Source: Bacteroidota bacterium
GTDB lineage: Bacteria; Bacteroidota; Bacteroidia; Chitinophagales; LD1
Direction: 5' to 3'
Length of the DNA: 64,000 nt
NCBI GenBank assembly: GCA_947479455.1
Contig: CANJZE010000001.1
Location: forward strand, 109,106-173,105
Under the pieces are notes generated by a model. That model saw only the letters and a list, made by a program, of their open reading frames with translations. It made no database searches and had not been told where the DNA came from. The position numbers were made by a program, and so were the translations under genes. Below are positions 1 through 9,385 of this stretch, piece by piece; within the stretch, counting starts at the first letter, position 1, and each line of letters begins with the position of its first letter.

Positions 1-1
1 G

Positions 2-2272
2 TTCGGAATTTTCGGTGACGGAAAAGAGTTAGCACAAATCGCTCTTGCAAAATCTTTCGAGCATGGCGATTGGCGCAGCGGTTACTACCGCGACCAAACC
101 TGGATGATGGCTCTTGGTGAGTTAACCGTTGAACAATTCTTCGCACAACTTTACGCCAACCCTGACCAGAAAGAAGAACCGATGAGTGCAGGCAGACAAA
201 TGAACGGTCATTATGCAACTCGTATACAAGACGAAAATGGGAACTGGCTCGACCAAACTCAACGTTACAATTCATCGGCAGATGGTTCACCAACAGCGGC
301 ACAAATGCCTCGCTCGCTTGGCCTTGCCTTGGCTTCAAAACTTTATCGCGGTAACAATGACTTAGAAGACTACACCATCTTCAGTAACAAAGGCAACGAA
401 GTTTCTTTTGTTTCTATTGGCGATGCATCGACCAGCGAAGGTTTGTTTTGGGAAACGCTGAACGCTGCCGGTGTGCAGCGAGTGCCTCTAGCTATTTCTG
501 TTTGGGATGATGGCTACGGAATTTCTGTCCCAAAAAAATATCAGACTACCAAAGAAAGCATCAGCGAAATCACCAAGGGTTTTCAGGCAGATGAAGAAGG
601 ACGCGGCTTTGATATTTATGTGTGCGAAGGTTGGAACTATCCAAAACTTGTAGAAACTTACAAACGCGGAATTGAAAAAATTCGCAAGACACATATTCCC
701 GCGCTGTTTCACATTATTGAAGTGACTCAACCACAAGGACATTCCACTTCGGGTTCGCATGAGCGTTACAAAACAGCCGAGCGCATGCAGTGGGAAAAAG
801 ATTTTGACTGCATTAAGAAAATGAGCGAGTGGATCATTGAAAGTAAAATTGCCACCCAGGAAGAACTTACCGAAATTCAAAACGAAGCACGTCATCATGC
901 ACTTGGAAGTAAAACTGTTGCTTGGAAAAAATTTAGTCAGCCGCTGAAAGAAGAGATTAATGAGTTAATAGAGTTGATGAACAGATTAGTAGATGAAAGC
1001 GGAGAACAAGAAAATCTGCAATCGTTAATCTTAAATCTGCAATCTGCAATCGATCCGGTTCGTAAGGACATTCTCAAAACAGGTAAATCTGTTTTGAGAA
1101 AATTTAAAGGAGAAAACTTTTCGGCTCTTGATGAATTAAAATATTGGCTAAAAAACTTTAAGGGAAAATATCAGCAAACATATTCTTCACACTTACATAG
1201 TGAAACGAATTTGAACGCTTTGAAAGCAGAAGTAGTTCCTGCCGAGTATTCTAATGATTCAAAAACCATCAACGGTTTTGAAATTCTGAACCATGCTTTC
1301 GATGCCATCTTTACTAAGTATCCTAACGCAGTTGCTTTTGGTGAAGATGTTGGAAAGATTGGCGATGTGAATCAGGGCTTTGTTGGCATACAAGAAAAGT
1401 ATGGCGAGAACAGAATTTTTGACACCGGTATTCGTGAGGCCACCATTATGGGACAGGGAATTGGCTTGGCACTTCGCGGCTTCCGCCCCATTGCTGAAAT
1501 TCAATACCTGGATTATTTACTATATGGTTTGCAAACGTTAAGCGATGACTTAGCGTGTTTGCAATACCGCACCAAGGGTATTCAAAAAGCTCCACTAATT
1601 GTGCGCACGCGTGGTCATCGGCTCGAAGGCATCTGGCACACCGGTTCTCCAATGGGTATGATAATTAATTCGCTACGCGGAATGTATGTGTGTGTGCCGC
1701 GCAATATGGTGCAGGCTGCCGGAATGTATAACACACTACTGCAAAGTGATGAACCAGCCTTGGTTATTGAATGCCTGAACGGTTATCGGTTGAAAGAAAA
1801 ACTTCCTGATAATATTTCTGAGTTTACTGTGCCACTCGGTGTGCCCGAAGTTTTAAAACAAGGCGATGATGTTACGCTGGTTACGTACGGCAGTTGTGTG
1901 CGCATTGCTGAAGAAGCGATAATGCAGTTAGAAGAAACCGGAATTTCTGTAGAGTTGATTGACGTGCAAACGCTTTTGCCTTTCGATATTCATCACAGTA
2001 TTATTGAATCGGTGAAGAAAACCAACCGTGTGGTGTTCTTAGATGAAGATGTGCCCGGTGGTGCAAGTGCTTATATGTTTCAGAAAGTATTTGAAGAGCA
2101 ACAGGCTTTCCGCTGGTTAGATAGCGAACCTAAAACAATTACTGCAAAACCACACCGCACTGCTTACGGCACCGATGGCGATTATTTCGGCAAACCTAAT
2201 GCCGAAGAAATTTTCGAAGTCATTTACAAAATGATGAATGAGGTTGACCCTGGGACCTATCCGGAGCTTTGA
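2..2272 (+). CDS. 2-oxo acid dehydrogenase E1 component (branched-chain alpha-keto acid type), fused alpha+beta subunits; 5' end outside window
   Basis: Frame is open from base 2 (FGIFGDGKELAQIALAKSFEHGDWRSGYYRDQTW precedes the tracked Met at 104). TPP-binding alpha-like part (FVSIGDASTSEGLFWE) is followed by a transketolase-like beta part (ENRIFDTGIREATIMGQGIGLA, LIVRTRGHR) and a C-terminal domain (VTLVTYGS..LLPFD). Confidence 0.85.
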   Translation, partial: FGIFGDGKELAQIALAKSFEHGDWRSGYYRDQTWMMALGELTVEQFFAQLYANPDQKEEPMSAGRQMNGHYATRIQDENGNWLDQTQRYNSSADGSPTAAQMPRSLGLALASKLYRGNNDLEDYTIFSNKGNEVSFVSIGDASTSEGLFWETLNAAGVQRVPLAISVWDDGYGISVPKKYQTTKESISEITKGFQADEEGRGFDIYVCEGWNYPKLVETYKRGIEKIRKTHIPALFHIIEVTQPQGHSTSGSHERYKTAERMQWEKDFDCIKKMSEWIIESKIATQEELTEIQNEARHHALGSKTVAWKKFSQPLKEEINELIELMNRLVDESGEQENLQSLILNLQSAIDPVRKDILKTGKSVLRKFKGENFSALDELKYWLKNFKGKYQQTYSSHLHSETNLNALKAEVVPAEYSNDSKTINGFEILNHAFDAIFTKYPNAVAFGEDVGKIGDVNQGFVGIQEKYGENRIFDTGIREATIMGQGIGLALRGFRPIAEIQYLDYLLYGLQTLSDDLACLQYRTKGIQKAPLIVRTRGHRLEGIWHTGSPMGMIINSLRGMYVCVPRNMVQAAGMYNTLLQSDEPALVIECLNGYRLKEKLPDNISEFTVPLGVPEVLKQGDDVTLVTYGSCVRIAEEAIMQLEETGISVELIDVQTLLPFDIHHSIIESVKKTNRVVFLDEDVPGGASAYMFQKVFEEQQAFRWLDSEPKTITAKPHRTAYGTDGDYFGKPNAEEIFEVIYKMMNEVDPGTYPEL

Positions 2273-2277
2273 ATTAA

Positions 2278-3117
2278 CTAAATTTTCAACCGCTTAATTC
2301 TAAAATTTGCGCTAATACCGAGGTGGTCGCTCGGGTAATAAGTACCGTTGTTATCGGTGTGTAGTGTGTAACTATCTTTAATAAAATGGTTACTATAAAA
2401 GATATAATCTATCTGGCTGCAATCTTTATTGCTCACATCAAAACCACAATCAGTATAATCAGGTTCCGTAGAAGAATAAGAATCGATCAAAGTAACTTCG
2501 TGATTTCCGTTCGTCATTTCGGCATAACCTTTACTGTTCGGTTTAAAATTAAAATCACCTGTAACTATAACGGGTTTGCCTCCGGCAATAGAATCAATCA
2601 TTACTTTTAGCAATGCCGCGCTTTTAGTGCGCGCTATATTTCCACGATGATCGAAGTGTGTGTTGAATACATAAATTTCATCGTAAGTCTGTTTGTCTTT
2701 CAGTTTTACCCAAGTACAAATTCGAGTAATTGCAGCATCCCAACTTTTGCTGCCTGGCACAGTAGGTGTTTCGCTCAACCAAAAATTTCCACCGGTGACG
2801 AAATCATATTTCTCACGCTTATAAAAAATGGTACTGTGCTCGCCTGCGTGTTTGCCGTTGTTTCTTCCTGCACCAAACACATTATATGCAGGCATCATTT
2901 TCTTTAAATCTTTACGCTGATTTTCGATTACTTCTTGCGTGCCTAAAATATCGGGGTTTACTTTCAGCACTACGTGCACCAGTGACTGTTTGCGTTTGTT
3001 CCATTTGTTAACTCCGTCAGCCGCATTTGAATTTCGGATGTTATAAGACATTACGCTTACTTGCGCTGATGCAAACATGGTGCTCACTAAAAAATAAAAT
3101 AGAAAAGGCTGCTTCAT
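2278..3117 (-). CDS. endonuclease/exonuclease/phosphatase (EEP) family protein, secreted
   Basis: Internal Met gives signal peptide MKQPFLFYFLVSTMFASAQ; the 3141 start would overlap the upstream gene. EEP-like motifs SYNIRN, LGTQEV, TGDFNF, PSDHLGI. Confidence 0.75.
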   Translation of the reverse strand: MKQPFLFYFLVSTMFASAQVSVMSYNIRNSNAADGVNKWNKRKQSLVHVVLKVNPDILGTQEVIENQRKDLKKMMPAYNVFGAGRNNGKHAGEHSTIFYKREKYDFVTGGNFWLSETPTVPGSKSWDAAITRICTWVKLKDKQTYDEIYVFNTHFDHRGNIARTKSAALLKVMIDSIAGGKPVIVTGDFNFKPNSKGYAEMTNGNHEVTLIDSYSSTEPDYTDCGFDVSNKDCSQIDYIFYSNHFIKDSYTLHTDNNGTYYPSDHLGISANFRIKRLKI

Positions 3118-3137
3118 TTTGATGTATAAAACTATGT

Positions 3138-4805
3138 TCAAAAATTATAAAACGACCGAATGAGGATATGACTAAAATATAAATGGTAAACACCAGTGCG
3201 CCATTCCTTCGTTTTGATTTCCGTTTTTCCAATAACCGATAGGTTGGATACTATAGAACCGGCACTATCCTTTAACACAAAAACCAATGGTGAAACCCAA
3301 TTGCCCAAAGGAAGTAATGTTATACGTTGCGCATTTTTGTTCCAGTAAATATATACACTCTCTCGTTTTCCATCCACTTCAAAATTATGTAGTGCATGAC
3401 AAAATGCCGTATCAGTCATCAACTCCAAAGGCTCTTTGCCGCTCAAATCTTTTCCGCGAAAACCGGGAAAGTTCATCGGGTATCTCTCTACTTTAAAAAT
3501 TCGATTATCGCTTTGTGCAAGTTTAGTGCCTTGGGCAACCGGCACACCAAATTTTGTAGGAACTACATATTCCCACACTACGCGCTGCATGCTATCAATC
3601 TCGAACAGATAACCTTGTTTACCAACACATATGAGCTTATTACCATTAGGTAAAAGCTGAACGCCACTAGCAACAGGGGAAAACATTTTTCCTTTTTCGG
3701 GGGTTGTGTATGACCAAAGAAACGAATCGGGTAAAAACCTATAGTTGGTTTTGCCATGAGAAAAATTTTTCTTGTCGAGCACGGGTGCAAGCATGCTAAC
3801 TGAAGAAGCTGAATCAGGAAAAAAATTATTAAACAGCAAAATATTTTGGTTGCGGTTTTCATTGTCTTCAAGTTCATTTTTTAGCCAATGCGCATTGTGT
3901 TGAAAAAAAAGTTTTTTACCGCTGCTGTCACCCTTGCCGTAAGCTTCCGGATTACCCCATCGCCACCACAAATCTCCACCAACACGATTCTTTCCTCCAA
4001 TATGCAATGCAGCTTGCCCAGTGGAAGTGCTATGATCGATTATCCATATTTCGTTGAATGCAGGAACCGATAATAAAATCAAATTTAGTTTTTGGTTGAA
4101 ATCAATAGCATTGATGTGTAACCAATCATCCTTAGTACTGTAGGTCTTATAATTAATATTGATTAGTTCGGCATGTTCCTCTACGACACCAAAATTTATT
4201 TTTGTGGAGTCAAAATTTTGAACAAGATGGTCCCAGGCGCGCCACTTCCAAACGACCTCGCCTCCAGTTTTACCAATGGGTTTTATTTCAACAATTTGGT
4301 CTGACAACATACGGTGTCGTGGAATAAGTGCAGGGTTTCTTCCAGCCGCTATTGCTTCTTCGTATGGTATCAATTCCCAAGCAATGACCAATATATTTCC
4401 ATTGGGTAAAACTTTAAAATCGTGATGGGCTTTATGATGCGAATCGCTAACGCTATACGACCATAATAAATTATTATCCCAATCGCGGTGTTCAATTCTT
4501 TCGTTTCCTATTTCAAAATTAATTGTGTCTCCAGGCTCATTTCCTTTGGCTATGAATATACTTCCGTCCGGTTGAAGATAAGCAGCTTGATTGGGTACTA
4601 TAGCGCTTGAATCAACCCAAGTGTGCACTACCTCACCACAATTATTAATCAGGTAAACATGGCCGGCTCCGCGGGGAAAAAGAAGATTAAGTCCATCGAA
4701 CGATTTTTCTTTATCGTAATTCAATAGACCAACTGTTCTTGATTGTTGCGCTAAAAAACTACCGTGATACAGAATGAATAGAATGGTCCAAATTACTTTG
4801 CGCAT
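3138..4805 (-). CDS. arylsulfotransferase (ASST)-like beta-propeller protein with probable T9SS type A C-terminal domain
   Basis: Signal peptide MRKVIWTILFILYHGSFLAQ. ASST-type strings HHDFKVLPNGNILV, DWLHINAIDFN, LLPNGNKLI. The last ~80 aa (..LKDSAGSIVSNLSVIGKTEIKTKEWRTGVYHLYF..) resemble a T9SS sorting domain. Confidence 0.55.
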   Translation of the reverse strand: MRKVIWTILFILYHGSFLAQQSRTVGLLNYDKEKSFDGLNLLFPRGAGHVYLINNCGEVVHTWVDSSAIVPNQAAYLQPDGSIFIAKGNEPGDTINFEIGNERIEHRDWDNNLLWSYSVSDSHHKAHHDFKVLPNGNILVIAWELIPYEEAIAAGRNPALIPRHRMLSDQIVEIKPIGKTGGEVVWKWRAWDHLVQNFDSTKINFGVVEEHAELININYKTYSTKDDWLHINAIDFNQKLNLILLSVPAFNEIWIIDHSTSTGQAALHIGGKNRVGGDLWWRWGNPEAYGKGDSSGKKLFFQHNAHWLKNELEDNENRNQNILLFNNFFPDSASSVSMLAPVLDKKNFSHGKTNYRFLPDSFLWSYTTPEKGKMFSPVASGVQLLPNGNKLICVGKQGYLFEIDSMQRVVWEYVVPTKFGVPVAQGTKLAQSDNRIFKVERYPMNFPGFRGKDLSGKEPLELMTDTAFCHALHNFEVDGKRESVYIYWNKNAQRITLLPLGNWVSPLVFVLKDSAGSIVSNLSVIGKTEIKTKEWRTGVYHLYFSHILIRSFYNF

Positions 4806-4810
4806 AAATT

Positions 4811-5851
4811 TTACAGACGCTCGGTTTGTTCCATGCTCAAAATTCCGTTCGAAAGTTTTTGTCGAATGTTGAGCAATGTTTTTTCTTGTTCACTCCTCGA
4901 CTTTACATCGGTAGTATGTTGATTCCTAGCGTTAGTTTTCATTATCTCATTTTCTAGTTTGAAGAATTCTATTTCTGTTTCAGAGATATTTTTTTTGACA
5001 TTCGGTTCAACACCATATCCAAATTTAATCAAGGTATGTGCAGCAATAGTTTCATACAATTGAATTTCCGATTCACTCAATGTTTTAATAAACGTGTTTT
5101 TATTGTTTCGATCTACAGGGTTAACTACGTTGCTCCACATCGTACCCGAAGCAGCCGTAGACTTTGCTTCGTCTCCTTTGAAATATTCTAAAATGTTTTG
5201 GGTCCAAGCAATTCCCAGTCTATTTAAAACAGGTTCTAAAGTTGTCTGCGGATTATGAATGAAGTCTTCATATTTTATTTGCACATAACGTTCCGGTGCA
5301 AATTCATGACCGTATTCTTCGGCTAATTGTTGTTCCTTCTGCCACTGTTTGGCTAAAAAATAAACGTGCTTATCTCCTACTATCGCATTTTTAAACGAAG
5401 CCGCTACATCTCTTCCATCGCGAATGAGATGAATGTAAAACGGTTGCAAATTTTCGCGTTCAATTTCTGGAATGAAATATAAATTTGCCATGCTTTTACA
5501 GCACCAATATTTCGCTTGTTTTTGTTGTGCTTTCAAAGTATAGATGGCATTAAAAATTGCCACCACCGTTTCGGTTTTACAATGCTGAATAACTTCTGCA
5601 GAAACACAATTGAAATTTTGCCAACGAACAGGATTTACATTTACATAGTCGCATATATCGCGAACTAACTCGGTAAAAAAAATTTTGCCGAAAACCTGTT
5701 GGTAGGCTTGCATTAAAGGTTGAAAAATCTGAAGAATATGCGGAGGATGTGGTGCTTCAATCTCTTCACATTGGTTCAACATGAGTCGAAGCAGGTTAGA
5801 ACCTGAACGCTGGGTCCCAATAATCAAAATAGGTTTAGGTTGGAAGTTCAA
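4811..5851 (-). CDS. PAPS-dependent sulfotransferase family protein (cytoplasmic)
   Basis: 5'-PSB-like loop IIGTQRSGSNLLRLML and 3'-PB-like RDGRDVAASF. No signal peptide. Confidence 0.8.
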   Translation of the reverse strand: MNFQPKPILIIGTQRSGSNLLRLMLNQCEEIEAPHPPHILQIFQPLMQAYQQVFGKIFFTELVRDICDYVNVNPVRWQNFNCVSAEVIQHCKTETVVAIFNAIYTLKAQQKQAKYWCCKSMANLYFIPEIERENLQPFYIHLIRDGRDVAASFKNAIVGDKHVYFLAKQWQKEQQLAEEYGHEFAPERYVQIKYEDFIHNPQTTLEPVLNRLGIAWTQNILEYFKGDEAKSTAASGTMWSNVVNPVDRNNKNTFIKTLSESEIQLYETIAAHTLIKFGYGVEPNVKKNISETEIEFFKLENEIMKTNARNQHTTDVKSRSEQEKTLLNIRQKLSNGILSMEQTERL

Positions 5852-5893
5852 TGCTGCAAATATTAGAGTCTCTTCAGCAGTAGTGCGTGTTTC

Positions 5894-6397
5894 CTACGAT
5901 GCAGGATTCATTTCGGAAAGCGGATACCACGCTTGCTTGGTGCTCATTTCGGGCCTGCCGCTTACCTTTAATAATTTGAATAGTTCCATGCGGTAAGTGG
6001 CTAGCCAGCGAACAGGTCCTTGCATAATAGCCATGCCAAGCGGCATTTTTTCCTTCCAAAACAATTCCACTTCCACGTTCAACAAATCTTCATCCGAAAT
6101 TTTTTCAAAAAAACCGAGTATTGTTTTTTGTTGTCCATCCATTCGTTCACCAAAATTTTGAAGCGTAACCGATTTGTTTTTTTCGTCCACAGTTTTCCAA
6201 TCTTCATTGGTCATTCCTCCTGCATAATATTGCATCATACAAGAACCGATGGAACTTAAATATTGCATCAACTCTAAAGTGCTACGTGTTTTTTCAAACA
6301 TTCGATAATCGAGTTTAGTTTCATCGATGTAAGGAATGAGTTGTTTTGCTAATTGAATTTCGCGCCCTATGCAGCGTATTAAATGTTGCTTGTACAT
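5894..6397 (-). CDS. hypothetical protein (possibly DinB/YfiT-like helical bundle)
   Basis: 167-aa ORF in a same-strand gene run with no recognisable catalytic motif. The family guess rests on size and helical character only. Confidence 0.45.
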   Translation of the reverse strand: MYKQHLIRCIGREIQLAKQLIPYIDETKLDYRMFEKTRSTLELMQYLSSIGSCMMQYYAGGMTNEDWKTVDEKNKSVTLQNFGERMDGQQKTILGFFEKISDEDLLNVEVELFWKEKMPLGMAIMQGPVRWLATYRMELFKLLKVSGRPEMSTKQAWYPLSEMNPAS

Positions 6398-6414
6398 ATG
6401 GAAAGTTTTAGGTT

Positions 6415-7713
6415 TTACTTATTGCTCCATGTTTTTTTCTTACCACCACTCCACGAATTTCCTGAAGCAGGTTTATGGCCTGCAGGTTTATGTGAAGACG
6501 GTTTGTGAGAAGCATTACTGTTTCGCGAAAAAGAGCGGTTATCCTTCTTTGGCATGCTCACCGCCATCTCCGTTGCACTCATTGGATAAGGATGTTCTGT
6601 TACTAACGGAATTTGTTTGCCAATCAGTTTATGAATATCCTTCAACTCCCCTTTTTCTTCAGCATCGCAAAATGATATAGCAATACCACTGGCTCCTGCT
6701 CTACCCGTTCTGCCTATGCGATGAACATAGGTTTCAGGAACGTTCGGCAATTCGAAATTGATTACGTGTGAAAGGTCATCAATATCAATTCCGCGCGCAG
6801 CAATATCAGTAGCCACCAACACACGTGTGTTTCCTGCTTTAAAATCTTTGAGTGCATTTTGGCGCGCGTTCTGCGATTTGTTTCCGTGAATAGCCAATGC
6901 TTTAAATCCAACCTTCACTAATTCCTTTACTATTTTATCGGCACCGTGTTTAGTTCGTGTAAACACCAATGCTCTGTCCATTGACTTATCTTTCAATAGA
7001 TGAATAAGCAGATTTTTTTTATCGCCTTTAGAAACATAATAAAGCGATTGTTTTATGGCATCAACTGTTGTTGCTTGTGGGGTTACCGAAACTTCCACCG
7101 GCTCAAACAAAATAGTATTTGCCAGTTTCAAAATTTCAGGAGCCATGGTGGCCGAGAAAAAAAGTGTTTGTCTTTTCGTAGGCAATTTTGCTATGACTCT
7201 TTTTACATCGTTAATGAAACCCATGTCGAGCATTCTATCTGCTTCATCCAACACAAAAATTTTGATGTGCTGCAAATGCACAAAACGCTGGTTCATTAAA
7301 TCGAGCAAGCGACCGGGAGTTGCAATTAAAATATCAACTCCTTTTTTCAATGCTTCAGTTTGTGCAAATTGCGATACGCCACCAAACACTACCGTATGTC
7401 GTAATCCCGTGTTCCGTCCATAAGCAGTAAAGCTTTCAGCAATTTGAATAGCCAGCTCACGAGTAGGTGTAAGAATTAGCGATTTGATTTGTTTGGGCCC
7501 CGGAGAGTTTGCGGCTTCGGCAGTAAGTAATTGCAAAATAGGAATAGCAAACGCTGCCGTTTTTCCGGTACCGGTTTGCGCACATCCCAATAAATCTCTG
7601 TGTTTAAGAATTACCGGAATAGATTGCTCTTGAATAGGTGTTGGCTTGGTGTATCCTTCTGTTTTGAGAGCGTTAAGGATAGGCTCTATGAGGTTTAATT
7701 TTTCGAACGACAT
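6415..7713 (-). CDS. DEAD-box ATP-dependent RNA helicase (RhlE-like)
   Basis: Motifs AQTGTGKTAAF, VLDEADRMLDMGF, FFSATM, HRIGRTGRAG. Basic repetitive C-terminal tail (HKPSSHKPAGHKPAS). Confidence 0.93.
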   Translation of the reverse strand: MSFEKLNLIEPILNALKTEGYTKPTPIQEQSIPVILKHRDLLGCAQTGTGKTAAFAIPILQLLTAEAANSPGPKQIKSLILTPTRELAIQIAESFTAYGRNTGLRHTVVFGGVSQFAQTEALKKGVDILIATPGRLLDLMNQRFVHLQHIKIFVLDEADRMLDMGFINDVKRVIAKLPTKRQTLFFSATMAPEILKLANTILFEPVEVSVTPQATTVDAIKQSLYYVSKGDKKNLLIHLLKDKSMDRALVFTRTKHGADKIVKELVKVGFKALAIHGNKSQNARQNALKDFKAGNTRVLVATDIAARGIDIDDLSHVINFELPNVPETYVHRIGRTGRAGASGIAISFCDAEEKGELKDIHKLIGKQIPLVTEHPYPMSATEMAVSMPKKDNRSFSRNSNASHKPSSHKPAGHKPASGNSWSGGKKKTWSNK

Positions 7714-7822
7714 TCAATTGTTTAAGCGCGCAAGATAACAAAGGGAGATTGATAATTGACTAGTGATGGTTGAAATGCGAAGAATATATCCGTTGTAGAA
7801 CAACACAGATTTCCAATCTAAA

Positions 7823-8239
7823 CTACCACCCAAGCCATTTATAAAATTCCTTTTTCGAAAGCACCTCTACCTTAGGTTGCTTAAGTTTCTTTAGCGGAGC
7901 AAAACCAACATCATCGCTAACTAGTACACTTTTACTTTGCCAAGTTAGGTCAACCAAGTAATTGTCTTTATAATCATGAAGGAGTGAAAATCTTTTCTGG
8001 GTATGTTTTATTTCGGCAACACCTGAAATAAATTGCAAATAATTTTCTGGTGTTGAGGAGAGCATTTTACGTACTTGCTCCTTACTGGTAGCAATGTGGT
8101 TGAACTCCTTTAATTGTTCATGACAACTAATCAACAACAACCTTTTGAAGGAAATCGCATCGATTAAATCTTCTTCTCTATGCTTATGAAAAATAGAAAC
8201 CCATACATGAGTATCTAAAACCAATTTATTTTCTACCAT
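7823..8239 (-). CDS. PIN-family toxin of a toxin-antitoxin pair
   Basis: N-terminal LVLDTHVWVSIF (first acidic PIN residue context) and C-terminal YLVDLTWQSKSVLVSDDVGF. Overlaps the upstream small ORF by 14 nt. Confidence 0.65.
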   Translation of the reverse strand: MVENKLVLDTHVWVSIFHKHREEDLIDAISFKRLLLISCHEQLKEFNHIATSKEQVRKMLSSTPENYLQFISGVAEIKHTQKRFSLLHDYKDNYLVDLTWQSKSVLVSDDVGFAPLKKLKQPKVEVLSKKEFYKWLGW

Positions 8240-8456
8240 ACGCTTTTCGTGCAGCGTGAATAATGTCTGTTATCATTTCATCACTGAACTTTTCAGCTGG
8301 TTTCCCTTTCTGAAGTTTGCGAGCAAGCGTACGAGTTTTTTCCACTTTGAGCAAATACAACATTCTTTTTTGTTCTGCTCTGGTAGAAGATTCTACTACT
8401 TCATAAATCTCATTTGCAACCGGATTATTAGTATTAAACATAGTTTCAGATTTCAC
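8226..8456 (-). CDS. putative antitoxin partner of the PIN toxin
   Basis: 76-aa ORF immediately upstream of and overlapping the PIN gene on the same strand. No family recognised from sequence. Confidence 0.5.
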   Translation of the reverse strand: MKSETMFNTNNPVANEIYEVVESSTRAEQKRMLYLLKVEKTRTLARKLQKGKPAEKFSDEMITDIIHAARKAYGRK

Positions 8457-8479
8457 TCAAACTTAAATAATTTTTCCTT

Positions 8480-9385
8480 TTACTTCACCTGCACAGTCAT
8501 AGAATTTATTGCCGAACTCATGAAAATTCCGTAACCGTTGTTGATGTTGTTGTAAACATGCACCGGTTCAGCACCATAACCTGCGTGTTGATAGAGTTCA
8601 AGAGTGCGGTAGTATTCATAGTGGGCTTTTGAAATGTGTACCAACTCCACCGTTACAGTTTCGTGCTCGGCAAAACTGGAATCTACTCCACGAAATTGCA
8701 GTTGAATATCCTTATTTGTGCCGTTAAAATTTTTGTCACTGAACAAAAGAAAGTATCCGTTGTCGCGCACGGTGTCGTTTAGTGGGGTTATCAATTCGGG
8801 TTTTGCCGAAGAGCTAAATTCAACGTTTTGCCAAATAGAATCAACCAGAATGTGTTGTGTGCCCCATTGCCAAATATTAATGCGGTAGAAATCTTCGGTG
8901 GCTGCATCATCCTTCAATTGCATGTTGAACTTCACTAAATTTTCGGTGGTGAAAGTACCGTATGATTTTAATTCAAAACTGTTGACCACCGGCACCGTAA
9001 CCATCACATCTTCTGCATTAACAACACCATAAAGTGGATGCGTAATTTTCAAGCTGTATTTATTTTCCGGGCTCGGATAAATATGCGATTGATATGAACC
9101 AAAAGTATTAGCTGTGTCAGTAGGTATGTAAGACAAGATCTCAATGAGCGAATCGTTTTCAAATAACTCAACTAATGCATCGGCAATTGGTAACAACGAA
9201 GTATTACCCGATACTGAACTGCTTTGTGTTACGTATACAAAGAAGGTTTGATAATTATTAAAAGCGCAATTCACTGTCATTCGTTTTGAATGCTCTTGCT
9301 CTTTCACCACAAAATCTTTTTCGCACGATGAAATTTGAATCGTGAACACCACTACCAAAAATAATTGGAGCAACAACTTCATCAC
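8480..9385 (-). CDS. DUF4249-type lipoprotein (partner of TonB-dependent receptor)
   Basis: Lipoprotein signal MMKLLLQLFLVVVFTIQISSC. Overlaps the stop of the upstream TonB-dependent receptor, the usual Bacteroidota pairing. Confidence 0.6.
   Translation of the reverse strand: MMKLLLQLFLVVVFTIQISSCEKDFVVKEQEHSKRMTVNCAFNNYQTFFVYVTQSSSVSGNTSLLPIADALVELFENDSLIEILSYIPTDTANTFGSYQSHIYPSPENKYSLKITHPLYGVVNAEDVMVTVPVVNSFELKSYGTFTTENLVKFNMQLKDDAATEDFYRINIWQWGTQHILVDSIWQNVEFSSSAKPELITPLNDTVRDNGYFLLFSDKNFNGTNKDIQLQFRGVDSSFAEHETVTVELVHISKAHYEYYRTLELYQHAGYGAEPVHVYNNINNGYGIFMSSAINSMTVQVK

Noticed and set aside
6415-8456. The DEAD-box helicase next to the PIN pair as a possible helicase-nuclease defence system.
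   Set aside because: The helicase has the standard RhlE-type housekeeping architecture. It is separated from the PIN gene by about 110 nt with no coupling, and no other defence-type domains are present.
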